A stretch of 64,000 nucleotides of DNA from an uncultured Spirochaetota bacterium. Lineage in GTDB: Bacteria > Spirochaetota > Spirochaetia > SZUA-6 > Fen-1364. Each line of letters begins with the position of its first letter. The stretch's first letter is position 1. A program made the position numbers and the translations under genes. The DNA lies in the NCBI GenBank assembly GCA_963734545.1, contig CAVTHO010000008.1:320001-384000 (forward strand), read 5' to 3'. The notes under the pieces were generated by a model. That model saw only the letters and a program-made list of their open reading frames with translations. It had not been told where the DNA came from and did no database searches. Shown piece by piece: positions 32,151-43,510 of this stretch.

Positions 32151-34046
32151 ATGAAAGCCCAATCGCTCCGTCGGCACCTGCGGCTGCTGGGCCCGGATGA
32201 GCTGCGCGCTGACGACGACAGATCGATATCCCCGGAGGAGCGGGAAAAGATTCTGTCCCAGATAGAGCAGGCGGTGGGCCGCAGCCGGATGAAGATCACT
32301 CCGGAAACCTTCCTCTTCAAGCCTCGAAAAAGGGGAAGCGTGCTCCCCATCATCGTCAACGTCGTGGCACTCGTGGTCCTCGTGGCCGGGATTTCCGGAG
32401 CCGTGCTCCTTTCGCAGCGCTCGGAGCAGACCATTACCTCCGCTCCTGTGACCCTCCTGACCGCGGAAGGCAAGATGGTGGCGGCCCTGAAAGAGCAGGC
32501 ACGCCAGCAGCTCGAGGGCAAGGACAAGGAAATCGCCTCCATACGGGAGAGGCTCGCCGGCATAGACCAGGAGCGCGCCCGGATCAAGCAGGAGGCGGAC
32601 GCGGCGGTGCGTCAGCGGCAGCAGGAGCTCCAGGACGCCCTCGACAAGTCCCTGGCGGCGCAGCGCGCGAAGCTTGCGGCGAGCGGTCTTTCGGAGGACG
32701 CCGTTGCGCGCCGGATCAGCGACTTCGAGACGAAAAGCCGCGAGTCACTCGATGCCCAGCTCGCCTCCTTTCGCACCCAGTCCGAGGCTGATCGGGCGGA
32801 GAAAGAGCGCACGATCGAGAAGCTGCAGGCAGAGTACCAGCAGTCACTTGCCGCCGCGCAGGCGGACAGGACCCGGGCACAGGAAGAGGCTGCCCGACGG
32901 CAGTCAGAGCTCGAGGCAGGAAGCAGGCAGAAGCAGCTCGCCCTCGAGCAGGACAAGGCGGCAGCCCTGGCGGAGCTGGAGAAACTGCGCCAGCAGCAGG
33001 GCAGGGAACAGCTCGTCCTGGATCAATTCCTTGCGTACTACCAGAAGGCGCGGGACCAGATCCAGGCTGCCCAGCCGGGCGCGGCGCGCCAGGTGCTCGC
33101 CGATTTTCGCACGTACCTGGACAATCCGGATCTTGCGACGCTGCCCGGCATTGCGCGGCGCCGGCCGGTGGAGCTGTTCCTCATTGACTCGCTGGACCAG
33201 CTTATCCGGGCCCAGGCCGCTCCTGCCGGGGACACCCAGAATGTCCAGGCCCTCGTTGCCTCCGCCAACCTGATCGCGTCCGTGTCGGCGCTGGTGCAGC
33301 AGGGCGACGCGTTCTTCCAGGAGCAGGGCTACGTGAAGGCCCGGGAGCTTTACCTGTCGGCCCTGGCGCAGATTCCTTCCACGCAGGCCGGATACACGAA
33401 GCTCGGGGAGATCGAAAAAATCTTCGCGCTCCAGAAAAAGAGAGACGTCGCGACGCTGATGGCTGCGGGCAACGCCTCTTATAGAACCGGCAACTACGAT
33501 GGCGCGGTTCAGAACTACGGCAGGGCCCTCGAGATGCTGCAGGGGGAGCGGGGCACGGTCGACACCCTCATCTCCCAGCTCACCGACATCGGCGCGCTTC
33601 GCAAGGCAGCACAAGCGGTCGTGTTGAAGGGGCCGGACCCGGACGCCGCCGCGCGCGCGCAGAACGCTGCCTTGCTTGCCGGCCTGCGCGCACGGCTTGT
33701 CGCCGCGGGCGCGGCTGCCGGCAAACCGGCTGCGAACGAGCGGGACACCCTCGTTGCCCTGCTGGAGACAAAGCTTCTGATGCAGAAGACGCTTCTCTCC
33801 GCTGATGTGGTGAAGCAATACCCGGATCTTTACGACCGGCTCAACCAATACCTGGATGCGCTGGCCGCAGAGAGCCGGGCCGACGCGAGGCTCGAAACGC
33901 TGCGTGATATGGACACGCTTCTCGGCGCGGTTGCAGCCAGGGCAGGCCCGGGAGCGATCGATTCGCTGCTGCAGCGCTACACGGCGGCTGATCCCCGGGG
34001 CGTTCTCCTGTCTATCCTCGACAAGCTCCAGAGGCTTTCGAAATAG
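32151..34046 (+). CDS. Membrane-anchored long coiled-coil protein with TPR-like repeats (start uncertain, 32085-32151)
   Basis: One TM (LPIIVNVVALVVLVAGISGAVLL), ~200 aa of Q/E/A/R coiled coil, TPR-like helices GDAFFQEQGYVKARELY and GNASYRTGNYDGAVQNYGRAL. Confidence 0.75.
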   Translation: MKAQSLRRHLRLLGPDELRADDDRSISPEEREKILSQIEQAVGRSRMKITPETFLFKPRKRGSVLPIIVNVVALVVLVAGISGAVLLSQRSEQTITSAPVTLLTAEGKMVAALKEQARQQLEGKDKEIASIRERLAGIDQERARIKQEADAAVRQRQQELQDALDKSLAAQRAKLAASGLSEDAVARRISDFETKSRESLDAQLASFRTQSEADRAEKERTIEKLQAEYQQSLAAAQADRTRAQEEAARRQSELEAGSRQKQLALEQDKAAALAELEKLRQQQGREQLVLDQFLAYYQKARDQIQAAQPGAARQVLADFRTYLDNPDLATLPGIARRRPVELFLIDSLDQLIRAQAAPAGDTQNVQALVASANLIASVSALVQQGDAFFQEQGYVKARELYLSALAQIPSTQAGYTKLGEIEKIFALQKKRDVATLMAAGNASYRTGNYDGAVQNYGRALEMLQGERGTVDTLISQLTDIGALRKAAQAVVLKGPDPDAAARAQNAALLAGLRARLVAAGAAAGKPAANERDTLVALLETKLLMQKTLLSADVVKQYPDLYDRLNQYLDALAAESRADARLETLRDMDTLLGAVAARAGPGAIDSLLQRYTAADPRGVLLSILDKLQRLSK

Positions 34047-34057
34047 GGCGCGGTCCT

Positions 34058-37000
34058 TTACGGCAGACCGCGCACCAGGATCACGTACTTCTGAGTGGTG
34101 CTGCCCGACGTGTTATTCGCAAGCCAGAAACCGGCGCTGACATAGCACACTCTCGGCGTCACGCTCGTCACGTCGAAGGTGCTTCCTCCCGGCTCGGCAT
34201 TGATGCCGACGTTGAGGCTGCTCAGGTTCGTGGTGCCGTCATCCCACAGGTACAAATCGATGTCATCGAAGCCGGTCGCCCACATTGAGCGCATGCTCAG
34301 CCTGCTCAGCCCTGCAATCGTCGTGAACTTGTAGGTGTCGTTCTTATTGAAGGCATCCATGGTCCCCTCAATAACGATGGTCTGGTTCGCGCCGAACGTC
34401 GTGACGAGCATGTCACTGACCTGCGGAGAAGGGCTAGGGCCTATCGCATTGTTGTTCTCCGCACCCTCCGCGTAGCGATAGTCCCCGATGGCGCACGGGT
34501 GCGGCGCAATGACGACGTCATTCGTAGGATTGTTGTCATCAGAGGTATTTATGGAAGCAATCAGGTAGTAAAGCTGGCCCGGCGCTGCAGGCCAGTTCGC
34601 CCCGAAAGTGATGACTGTGGTCCCCGAGCCTGCCAGAGGCCCGATTGTGTTCCCCTGGACCAGCGTGTCACGCGCGTCGAGCACGTTGTCCGTCGAAAGG
34701 TAAACTGCCCAGGTGATGTTCTGGACGCCCGGATTGACGCTCAGATTCTGAATGGTCATCTGGGTCGTGCCGGTGAGGTTCATGGCCGTGCCCACCAGAC
34801 CGCTCCAGGGAATGGCTGCGTTGAAGACTGCCGTGTAGTCGGGCTGGGGAGGAGTGGTGACCGCGATCGAGCCCGATGCAACATCCGGAATCGACGCATC
34901 GTCCGCGGTGAATACCCGCACGACGATGTAATAGGTTCCCGCCGTCACCGGCCAGACCCCTGCGTAGCCAGGGGAGGATGTGGCGGAAATGCCCAGGGGG
35001 CCGAACGAGCCCGTGGCGAGAAGCGTGTCGCCCACGTCGTACGTGTTGTTGCCCAGGGAGGCATAGACCTCCCAGTTCACGGTGGTGACCCCCGCCGCTG
35101 TGCCGGTGTTCTGCACGGTGAAGTTCCCGTTCACTGCCTGCTGCGTCTTGTTGCCCGCCGGCAGAGGCACCACGGTGATAAAGTAATTGGGTGCCAGGGT
35201 CGTCACGCTGATCGGTATCGAGGCTGTCCAGTTGTTTGCCGCATTGGTGTCATCGGAGGCGTTTGCTTCCACGATCAGGTACCAGGTTCCCGCGGTCACG
35301 AGGCCAGGTGCCGGCAAACGGGATGACGGCCGACGTGCCGGACCCGGGGAGCGGGCCTGTGGAGCTTGTGGCGATGACCGGGTCGGTGACCTGGAGGACG
35401 GGATCCGAGGAGACATGGGCTGTCCAGGTGATGCTCGAAACGCCGTTGTTCACGCCGTTGTTGTGGATGGTGAAGTTTCCCGTCACCGGGCCGCCCGTGG
35501 AGGTGCCACCGGTATTGTTCACCACGGACACGATATAGTTGATGTCAGGCGGATTGACCGTTACGTTGGAGGATGCGAGGGTATTGTTGCCGGAGACCAG
35601 GTCGTCCCCTGCGCCTGCCTCGACAATGAGGAAATAGATTTTCACAGTGGATGAGCTGGGCCAGGTTCCCGCAAAGGGGATGACCGCCGAGCTGGCCCCT
35701 GCGCCGAGACCAGGAGAGGGCAGAAATCCGGAGCTCACCAGCGCATCGGTGCCGATCTGCAGCGTCGCATCGGTGGAGAGATACGCGCGCCAGGGAACAA
35801 ACTGTGTCCCCGCATGGGTGCCGATATTCCTGAGGGTCACGTTGCCGGCGAGGGCGCTGCCCGCCGTTGTACCGCCCGTGTTGTTGACGCTGAGAACCGT
35901 GTAGTCGACATTCGGCGCGCTGGTAGGAGTCGGCGCGGTCACGCCCAGGTTGTTTCCCGCGTTCACGTCTTCTGCCACGGAGAGAGAGACAATGAGATAC
36001 CAGGTGCCTGCCGCGGATGGCCACGTGCCGTTGAAGGTCGTGGGGATTCCGGATGTAGTTGCGGCAGGCATCGCGGAGACGACTCCGGAATCTACTACCG
36101 TATCAGTTCCGATCTGAAGGGCGGCATCGCTCGAAAGATAGGCGGTCCAGACGACGCTCTGGCTGCCGTCTTGCGTGCCTCCATTGCGATACGTGAAGTT
36201 ACCTGACAGCGGGTCCCCGGCGGTTGCACCCCCTGTGTTGTTCAGGGAGGCAATGGTGTAGTCCACGTTGGGCGCCGTGATGACAACCGCTGCGCTCGAC
36301 GTGATGTTGTTTGTCGGAACGATGTCGTCGGATGCGGAGATCGACACGATGAGATGCCATGTGCCGGGCGCGGCAGGCCATGCGCCCGTGAAGGGCACCG
36401 CGCTCGAGCTCGGCGTAGGACCAAGGGGCCCCACGGAGCCTGAATCGATCACCGTGTCAGTCCCGAGCTGCAGCGTCGTGTCGGCGGATACATATGCGGT
36501 CCAGTAGACGAGCTGCGCGCCGGCGTCCGCACCACTGTTGGCAAAGGTGAAATTGCCCGTCAGCGGCTTGCCCGCCGTTGTGCCTCCCGTGCTGGTCACG
36601 ACCGTGATCGAGTAGTTGACATTGGCCGGGGCGGCACCCGTGGTTGTATATGTGCTGACGCTGGCCGTGACGTCATTCAACAGATCGATGTCATCCGCAG
36701 AAATGGCAGCCGCGACCAGGTACCAGGTGCCGGGAGTTGAAGGCCAGGTACCGCTGAAATCGATGGCTGGGGATGTTGCTCCGCCGGCCAGCCCGGCAAT
36801 AAAGCCTCCGGCAAGGAAGTAATCAGTCGCCGCGTCGAACGTCGTGTCCGTGGAAGCGCGCACCTGCCAGAGCACGCCTGCGCTGCCGGCGGCAGTGCCC
36901 TGGTTGCGGATGGTAAAAGTGCCCGTCATGGCCGCACCGGCGGAAGTGCCGCCGGTGTTGCTGACGGCCGGGATCACATAGTCTATATTCTGCGGGTTCA

Positions 37001-37976
37001 GGGCAATCGCGCTGGCTGCCGAGATGTTGTTCCCGGGAGTCGTATCATCGTTGGAAGTGACCTGGACGATCAGGTAGTAGGGCCCGACGGCCACGGCGGG
37101 GAAGCTGCCTCCTGTAACAGGGACAGCCGAGTTGCTTGCTCCGGCGGCAAGTGCGCCGGTCGTGCCGCTTGCCACCACCGAGTCCCCTGCGTCCAGGGTG
37201 GCGTTGGCCGAGAGATAGACCTTCCAGTCAACCGGTTGGGTTCCCGCGCCTGTCCCGTTGTTTTTCAGGGCAAAGGTCTGCCCGCCGGGCAGGGCGGTTG
37301 AGACTGTGCCGGTACCGGAAAGGGATGTTCCCGTGATGGTGTAGTCGACGGTCGAAAATGGAACCACCGTCACCGTCGCCGTGACGGCAGGAGATACCCC
37401 GTCGTTCAGATCCACGTAGTCAGTGCCCGGCGTGGAGCCGGCGGTATAGAATCCCGTTCCCGCGTTGATAACGGGATTGACGGAGCCGGGGGATGCCTGG
37501 AGAGAGAAAGTGTAGGACGGGGACGGGATCCCGCCAACGGCGACAAACGTCATGCTCGCGCCGACGCTGAGAGTGATCGACAGGGGACTGATTGCGAGAG
37601 CTGTCCCCACCGGTTGGATTGTCACCGCGGCGTCGACAGTCTTGCCTGTCTTATCGGTGACCCTGATGAGCGCGGAGCCCGCGGACGCCGGCGTGTAGGC
37701 GCCGGTCGTGGTATTGAGGCCGGAAGGACCTGAAACGAGCGCATAGACGTAAGGCGCCACTCCTCCGACGACGGTGAAGTTGATCGTGTTTCCCGCAATC
37801 ACGACCGTTACGGAAGGGCTGATGGAAAGCGCTTTCCCCTGCGGGCCGTCGAGAACATCGCGAAGCTCGTACGGCATGCAGCCGAAAAGAATGGCAAGAG
37901 CTGTCGACGCGAGAAGCACGAGCCTGATCGCCCGTGTGCGTCCATGCAGACGGCGCGCCCGATCAGAATCGCACAT
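34058..37976 (-). CDS. Large (~1300 aa) surface lipoprotein with Ig-like/CARDB-like repeats (frameshift near 35301)
   Basis: GGAGG RBS; lipobox LAILFG-C; two N-terminal Ig-like units, eight ~120-aa repeats and a PPC-like C-terminus (DTYKF, DIDLYLWD). The ORFs join at WP/VTAGTWYL. Confidence 0.8.
34485..37350 (-). repeat. Eight intragenic ~120-aa repeats
   Basis: Recurring pattern (N)VDY...GNFT..N.G...V.W.AY.S.D..L...D...WP...GTWYLIV....DD...NN; boundaries approximate. Confidence 0.8.
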
Positions 37977-39039
37977 ACATCGATACCTCCGGCGCAAACG
38001 CCATGATCACGAGAGAGCTTTCCAGGAATGCCACGTAGCTTGCCTCGAGAGCCAGCCCGAAGGAGGGAGAAAACGGCAGCTCCAGAGTCAACCCTCCCAG
38101 CACGTAGGGTATGATCTTCGACTCGTTCCCGGTGTAGCTCGCTTTGACACTCATCAGCGCGGGCCCGCCGCTCACGTGCAGGATGATGCCGGGGAAAGCC
38201 CCCGAGTTAAGCAGGTATTGCAGGTTTGCGCCGATCGGGATGATGAGGATATCCGCGGTGGAGACTGCGCCTGTCGCGCTAAGCATGCAAACTCCGGAGA
38301 GAATCCCCGCCTCCAGTGCCCCGGCGGCGAACCGGAAGCGCATGTCCACCGAAAAGGTAGCGAGCAGCCCGAGCTTGGCATAGTCGCTGGCAGGGCCGGT
38401 GGCGATCATCGGCGCGGCCCCGCTGGAGATTCCGAAGAGTTTCCACGGCTGGGTGCTGTCCGCGTCGGATACGACTGCCGGCGCTGTTGTCGGCTCGCGG
38501 GGCGTGCCGGTTGCCGGAGGAATCGGCTGCGGGGTCGTCTCTGCCGGCGGGGCCACGACAACCGCCGAAGCCTGGCGGAACTGGATTCCGGACAGGGTCT
38601 TTTCAAGGGCCTGGGCAACGATGGTGTCCAGCGACAGGTTGATCCTGCCCGACGACGCGGCAGAGCGGATCTTCTCACCGGTGGTCACATTGTAGAGATC
38701 GACTTGCAGAAGGATTTCCGAGGTCGTGGTCGAATAGGTGCCTATGAGCAGGTATTCAGCGTTCTGGGAGGCTGCCTCCGAAAGGGCGCGGCGCAGGGTG
38801 AACGCCGCCTCTTCTCCCGAGTCTGCCAGATGGAGAGCCGCTTTTCTGAGCGTGAACTGCACCGTGAACGAGCCTGCCAGAACGTCGTGGAGCGAGCGGT
38901 CCGCGCCGGTCGCGGGCAGGATGACGCCCAGGACGCCTGATCCCGGCGAGCGCCCGGCAGCGCCGCTGAATCCAGAGGCCAGCATCACGAGAATCACCGC
39001 AATGAGAAGACGCCGACCAGCCAGAATACCCACCTCCAC
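37963..39039 (-). CDS. Hypothetical exported protein with a probable C-terminal outer-membrane beta-barrel
   Basis: Signal peptide; N-terminal alpha/beta domain (AEYLLIGTY...LQVDLYNV..GEKI, CsgG/TolB-N-like); Pro/Thr linker; amphipathic strands ending YVRF; overlaps the lipoprotein start. Confidence 0.65.
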   Translation of the reverse strand: MEVGILAGRRLLIAVILVMLASGFSGAAGRSPGSGVLGVILPATGADRSLHDVLAGSFTVQFTLRKAALHLADSGEEAAFTLRRALSEAASQNAEYLLIGTYSTTTSEILLQVDLYNVTTGEKIRSAASSGRINLSLDTIVAQALEKTLSGIQFRQASAVVVAPPAETTPQPIPPATGTPREPTTAPAVVSDADSTQPWKLFGISSGAAPMIATGPASDYAKLGLLATFSVDMRFRFAAGALEAGILSGVCMLSATGAVSTADILIIPIGANLQYLLNSGAFPGIILHVSGGPALMSVKASYTGNESKIIPYVLGGLTLELPFSPSFGLALEASYVAFLESSLVIMAFAPEVSMYVRF

Positions 39040-39157
39040 CCGGTACAGGTTGCGGAAATCGAATGACTTTTTGCATATTGCTGTCAGTAGAATTGTAGTG
39101 CGGTGTAGGCACGGTTTCCAGATTATCTGATATTATACGGCAAATGGAGGAAGAAAT

Positions 39158-39457
39158 ATGAAGGCAATGGCGCTCGTGGTTACCCTGACTCTCCTGCTGG
39201 TGATGCTTGTCGGCTGCGCGCCCGGTCCAAATGAGCTGATCGGTACTGGCACCGAGAAGTCGGCAGGGTTCTGGCAGGGTCTCTGGCATGGGGTCATCGC
39301 CCCCATTACATTCATCATCTCCATTTTCAACAAAAACGTCCAAATGTACGAGGTGCACAATAAGGGGAGCTGGTACAATCTCGGTTTCCTGCTCGGCATG
39401 AGCATCATTTTCGGCGGCGGTGGAGCATCCGCCAGGGGATCGAGGCGCCGGGACTAG
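39158..39457 (+). CDS. Small conserved membrane lipoprotein
   Basis: Lipobox LVG-C; AGFWQGLWHG...YEVHN.G.WYNLGFLLG; GGAGG RBS. Confidence 0.75.
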   Translation: MKAMALVVTLTLLLVMLVGCAPGPNELIGTGTEKSAGFWQGLWHGVIAPITFIISIFNKNVQMYEVHNKGSWYNLGFLLGMSIIFGGGGASARGSRRRD

Positions 39458-39506
39458 GTACGAGCAGCGACCGGGTCACAGCCGCCGCACTGAACACAAC
39501 GCCGTT

Positions 39507-41198
39507 CTACCCCGTAACCGCCCCTCGGCTGGCAGAAGAGACGAGCCGGGCATACTTGGCAAGGGCACCGGTGGCGTAGGCGATTTCTCTGGGTTTCCAG
39601 GTCTTGCGGCGGCTCGCGATCTCGGCCGGTGAAAGGTCCACGGAAAGGGTCTTTGCGCGGGCATCGATGGTGATCACGTCCCCATCCTTCAGCAATGCGA
39701 TGGTGCCGCCGTCTCTTGCCTCGGGTGATATGTGACCCACCAGCATTCCGTGGCTGCCGCCGGAGAACCTGCCGTCCGTGATCAGCGCAACGTCACGCAT
39801 GAGACCGGCCCCTGCCAGGGCTGAGGTAGGCGCCAGCATCTCCCGCATTCCCGGGCCGCCGCGCGGACCCTCATTGCGGATCACCACGGTGTCACCCTTC
39901 CTGATTGCCTTGTTCAGAATCGCCTCGAGGGCCTGTTCCTCGCTCTCGAATACTCTTGCCGGACCCCGATGAACGAACTCTCCGATCCCGACGGTTTTCA
40001 GCACGGCGCCTTCCTCGGCAAGATTACCCATGAGGATGCTGATCGGTCCCTTCGGGCTCACGGGCTTTTCGAAGGAATGGATCACGTCCTGCCCGCCGAG
40101 GTCCGTGGACACGCCCTCGAGGTTTTCCGCAACGGTGCGGCCCGTCACGGTGAGGCAGTCCCCGTGCAGCAGGCCCTCGTCCAGCAGCATGCGCATCACC
40201 TTCTGCACTCCTCCGACCCGGAACAGCTCGTTCATCGAGTACTTTCCGGCAGGTTTCAGGTCGCAGAGAGTCGGTGTTGAATCATAGAAAGAATTAAAGT
40301 CCCGAATGTCCAGCTTCACACCCGCCTCCACGGCGAGGGCCAGAAGGTGCAGCACGGCATTGGTGGAGCCGCCGACGGCGAGCGACACCCGGATGGAGTT
40401 CTCGAACGCTTCCCGGGTCATGATCTGGCGCGGCGTGATGCCGCGGCGAACAAGCTCCATGAGGGCCTGGCCGGCCCGGACCAGGTCATCCTTCTTGCCG
40501 GCATTGACCGCCGGAATGCAGGCATTGCCCGGCAGGCTCATGCCGATTGCCTCCATGGCCGACGCCATGGTGTTGGCGGTATACATGCCCCCGCAGGCCC
40601 CGGGTCCCGGGCAGGCGGCGCATTCGATCCCATGCCTCTCCTGCTCGCTGATTTCTCCCGTGCTGAACTTCCCCACCGCCTCGAAGGCGCTTACGATATC
40701 GACATTTCTTCCATTATGTGTGCCCGGGAGGATCGAACCCCCGTAGACGAAAACACTGGGCAGATCCAGTCGCGCCATTGCCATGACCGTGCCCGGGATG
40801 GTCTTGTCGCACCCGCCTATTCCGAGAATGGCATCCATCTGGTGACCCCGCACGACCAGCTCGATAGCGTCCGCAATCACCTCCCTGCTCACCAGGGAAC
40901 ACTTCATTCCCTCATGACCCATGGCCTCACCATCGGTCACCACGAACGTGTTGAACTTCAACGGAACACCGCCGGATTCACGAATCGCGCCTTTGGCCAT
41001 GGCCGCAAGGTCGTCCAGATGCACATTGCACGGAGAAACTTCGCTCCCCGCGCTGGCAATGGCAATGATGGGCTTGTCGAAGTCTTCGTCGGTGAATCCG
41101 ACCGCGCGAAGCATTGCGCGGTTGGGCATCCGCGAGACGCCCTCCGTCATGATCCTGCTGCGCGTGTTCAGCTTTTCAGTGGAAGTTTTCATGGTCAC
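39507..41198 (-). CDS. ilvD: Dihydroxy-acid dehydratase
   Basis: PCNVHL, GGCDKT, CPGPGACGGMYTANTM, GGSTNAVLHL, GPGMREML, TDGRFSGG. Confidence 0.96.
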   Translation of the reverse strand: MTMKTSTEKLNTRSRIMTEGVSRMPNRAMLRAVGFTDEDFDKPIIAIASAGSEVSPCNVHLDDLAAMAKGAIRESGGVPLKFNTFVVTDGEAMGHEGMKCSLVSREVIADAIELVVRGHQMDAILGIGGCDKTIPGTVMAMARLDLPSVFVYGGSILPGTHNGRNVDIVSAFEAVGKFSTGEISEQERHGIECAACPGPGACGGMYTANTMASAMEAIGMSLPGNACIPAVNAGKKDDLVRAGQALMELVRRGITPRQIMTREAFENSIRVSLAVGGSTNAVLHLLALAVEAGVKLDIRDFNSFYDSTPTLCDLKPAGKYSMNELFRVGGVQKVMRMLLDEGLLHGDCLTVTGRTVAENLEGVSTDLGGQDVIHSFEKPVSPKGPISILMGNLAEEGAVLKTVGIGEFVHRGPARVFESEEQALEAILNKAIRKGDTVVIRNEGPRGGPGMREMLAPTSALAGAGLMRDVALITDGRFSGGSHGMLVGHISPEARDGGTIALLKDGDVITIDARAKTLSVDLSPAEIASRRKTWKPREIAYATGALAKYARLVSSASRGAVTG

Positions 41199-41704
41199 GT
41201 GACCTCCTGTCCGCGCGCAACGATGACCTTGCCGGTCCGCACCATCTCGATCACCCCGTAACGGTCCAGCATCCGATGCAGGGCGTCCACCTTCTCCGTG
41301 TTTCCCGTGACCTGCACGGTGAGGGCCGAATCGGTCAGGTCCACGACCTGGCCCTTGAAGGTATGCACCACATCCAGCACTTCCGTGCGTTTTTCCGGAG
41401 GGCAGCGCACCTTGACCAGCGCGAGCTCTCTCTGGATGACGTCTTTCCCCGTGTTGTCCGCGGCATGCACCACGTCCACGAGCTTGTTGAGCTGCTTGAT
41501 GATGTGGCCGATGGTTTTCTCGTCTCCCGTTGCCACGATGTTCATGTGCGAGAAGTCCGGATCGTATGCCTCGGAGACCACGAGGCTGTCGATATTGAAG
41601 CCCCGCCGGGCGAACACGAGCGCCACGCGGTTGAGAACACCGAACTTGTTCGCCACGTAGAGGCTCACCAGGTGCTTTTTCATTCCCCCATTGGTCGGGC
41701 TCAT
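41195..41704 (-). CDS. ilvN: Acetolactate synthase small subunit
   Basis: [46 protein letters not shown]. Confidence 0.95.
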   Translation of the reverse strand: MSPTNGGMKKHLVSLYVANKFGVLNRVALVFARRGFNIDSLVVSEAYDPDFSHMNIVATGDEKTIGHIIKQLNKLVDVVHAADNTGKDVIQRELALVKVRCPPEKRTEVLDVVHTFKGQVVDLTDSALTVQVTGNTEKVDALHRMLDRYGVIEMVRTGKVIVARGQEVT

Positions 41705-43410
41705 TTACGTTCCTTCCGGGGAGGGCCGAGGATCATGTCCTTGATCGAAGATCCCGCCGGGATCATGGGGAACACATTATCTTCCTTGGACACTTCCGCG
41801 TCGATGACGACCGGCCCCTCCGTCCAGGCAAGGGCTTTCTGGAGCACGGTGCGCACGTCGCCGCTCCTCTTGATCCTGAAGGCCTTGCACCCGTAGCTCT
41901 CCGCAAGCTTGACGAAGTCGGGGTTGCCGACCAGGTCCACGCCGGAGAGGCGGTTCTCCCAGAAGAGGTTCTGCCACTGCCGCACCATGCCCAGAAAATG
42001 GTTGTTGATGATCAGAATCTTCAGGGGCAGCTTGAGGTTCACCGCGGTGGCAAGCTCGTACATGGTCATCTGGAACCCGCCGTCACCCACGATGGCGCAG
42101 ACCAGCTCTTTCGGCTGCGCGAGCTGCGCTCCGATTGCGGCGGGAAAGCCGAATCCCATCGTGCCCGCGCCGCCTGACGTGATCCAGTGGAAACGTTCAT
42201 CCGTCCGGTAGAACTGCGCGGCCCACATCTGGTGCTGGCCCACGTCCGTGGTGACGATCGCCTTGCCTTCGGTAAGCTGGTACAGCTCGTCGATCACGAG
42301 CTGCGCCTCGAATGTCCCCCGCCGATGATAGTGAAGCGGGTACGCCTTTCTCCACTCCTCTATCCGCGCCAGCCACTCCGACGTGTCCCCCGGCTCGAGG
42401 TGGCGGTTCAGCTCGGCCAGGACGGCGCGCGCGTCTCCGACGATCGCGCATTCCATTGCGTACAGCTTGTTGATCTCTGCCGGGTCGATGTCGATGTGGA
42501 TCTTCACCGCGTCCGGACAGAACGTGGCAGGGGTGCCGGTGATCCTGTCGTCCCAGCGTGAGCCCACCGACATGATGAGATCGCAGTCCACGACCGCCTT
42601 GTTCGCATAGGCCGTCCCATGCATACCCAGCATGCCGACGGAAAGCGGGTGTGTTTCCGGGAAAGCTCCCTTGCCCAGGAGCGTGTTGGTGACGGGGATC
42701 TTCATCTTCTCCGCCAGCGTGCGCAGCTCCGCGCCCGCGCCGGAGATCACCGCGCCATGCCCCACGAGCAGGAGCGGCCGCTTTGCCGCGTGCAGCATCT
42801 TTGCCGCGCAGGCAATCTGCTCAGCATCACCGGCCTCCGGGACCCTGTAGCCGGGAAGGTGGAACTCGTCATCTTCCCGCAGCTCGATTGTTGCGTTGGA
42901 GCAGTTGCGCGGGATGTCCACCAGCACGGGGCCCGGTCTTCCGGACTGTGCGATGTAGAACGCCTCTCTCAGGACCCGGGGTATATCGGACGCGGTCTTG
43001 ACCAGATAGGAATGTTTCACGATGGGAAGCGATATCCCCGAAACATCGGCCTCCTGGAATGCGTCCATTCCGAGGTCCGCCACATTTGCCTGACCGGTAA
43101 TCACCACCATGGGTACCGAATCCATCTGCGCGGTGAGAATGCCGGTAATGGTATTCGTGGCGCCGGGTCCCGAGGTGACAAGCACAACGGCAGGCTTCCC
43201 GCACGCGCGCGCGTAACCGTCCGCCATGTGCGTGGCGCCCTGCTCGTGCCGCGTCAGCACGAGATGGATGGAGGAATCGACCAGCGCATCGAACAGGGGA
43301 ATGGCCGCCCCGCCGGGCAGGCCGAATACGTATTTCACCCCCTGTTTTTCCAGTATGTGCACCACGGCCTGGGCGCCCGTGCACCTTCGTCCATTTGTTT
43401 TCTCTTCCAT
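41701..43410 (-). CDS. ilvB: Acetolactate synthase large subunit
   Basis: [47 protein letters not shown]. Confidence 0.96.
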   Translation of the reverse strand: MEEKTNGRRCTGAQAVVHILEKQGVKYVFGLPGGAAIPLFDALVDSSIHLVLTRHEQGATHMADGYARACGKPAVVLVTSGPGATNTITGILTAQMDSVPMVVITGQANVADLGMDAFQEADVSGISLPIVKHSYLVKTASDIPRVLREAFYIAQSGRPGPVLVDIPRNCSNATIELREDDEFHLPGYRVPEAGDAEQIACAAKMLHAAKRPLLLVGHGAVISGAGAELRTLAEKMKIPVTNTLLGKGAFPETHPLSVGMLGMHGTAYANKAVVDCDLIMSVGSRWDDRITGTPATFCPDAVKIHIDIDPAEINKLYAMECAIVGDARAVLAELNRHLEPGDTSEWLARIEEWRKAYPLHYHRRGTFEAQLVIDELYQLTEGKAIVTTDVGQHQMWAAQFYRTDERFHWITSGGAGTMGFGFPAAIGAQLAQPKELVCAIVGDGGFQMTMYELATAVNLKLPLKILIINNHFLGMVRQWQNLFWENRLSGVDLVGNPDFVKLAESYGCKAFRIKRSGDVRTVLQKALAWTEGPVVIDAEVSKEDNVFPMIPAGSSIKDMILGPPRKERK

Positions 43411-43510
43411 GGCTCCGTCTTGCCTTTAAGGTACTCTCCAATCGCAGGTGCGGCCAACAGAATTTCTCCTGCATGAACCGAAATCCTTGACTCCGGCGGC
43501 CAAAAAGGAT

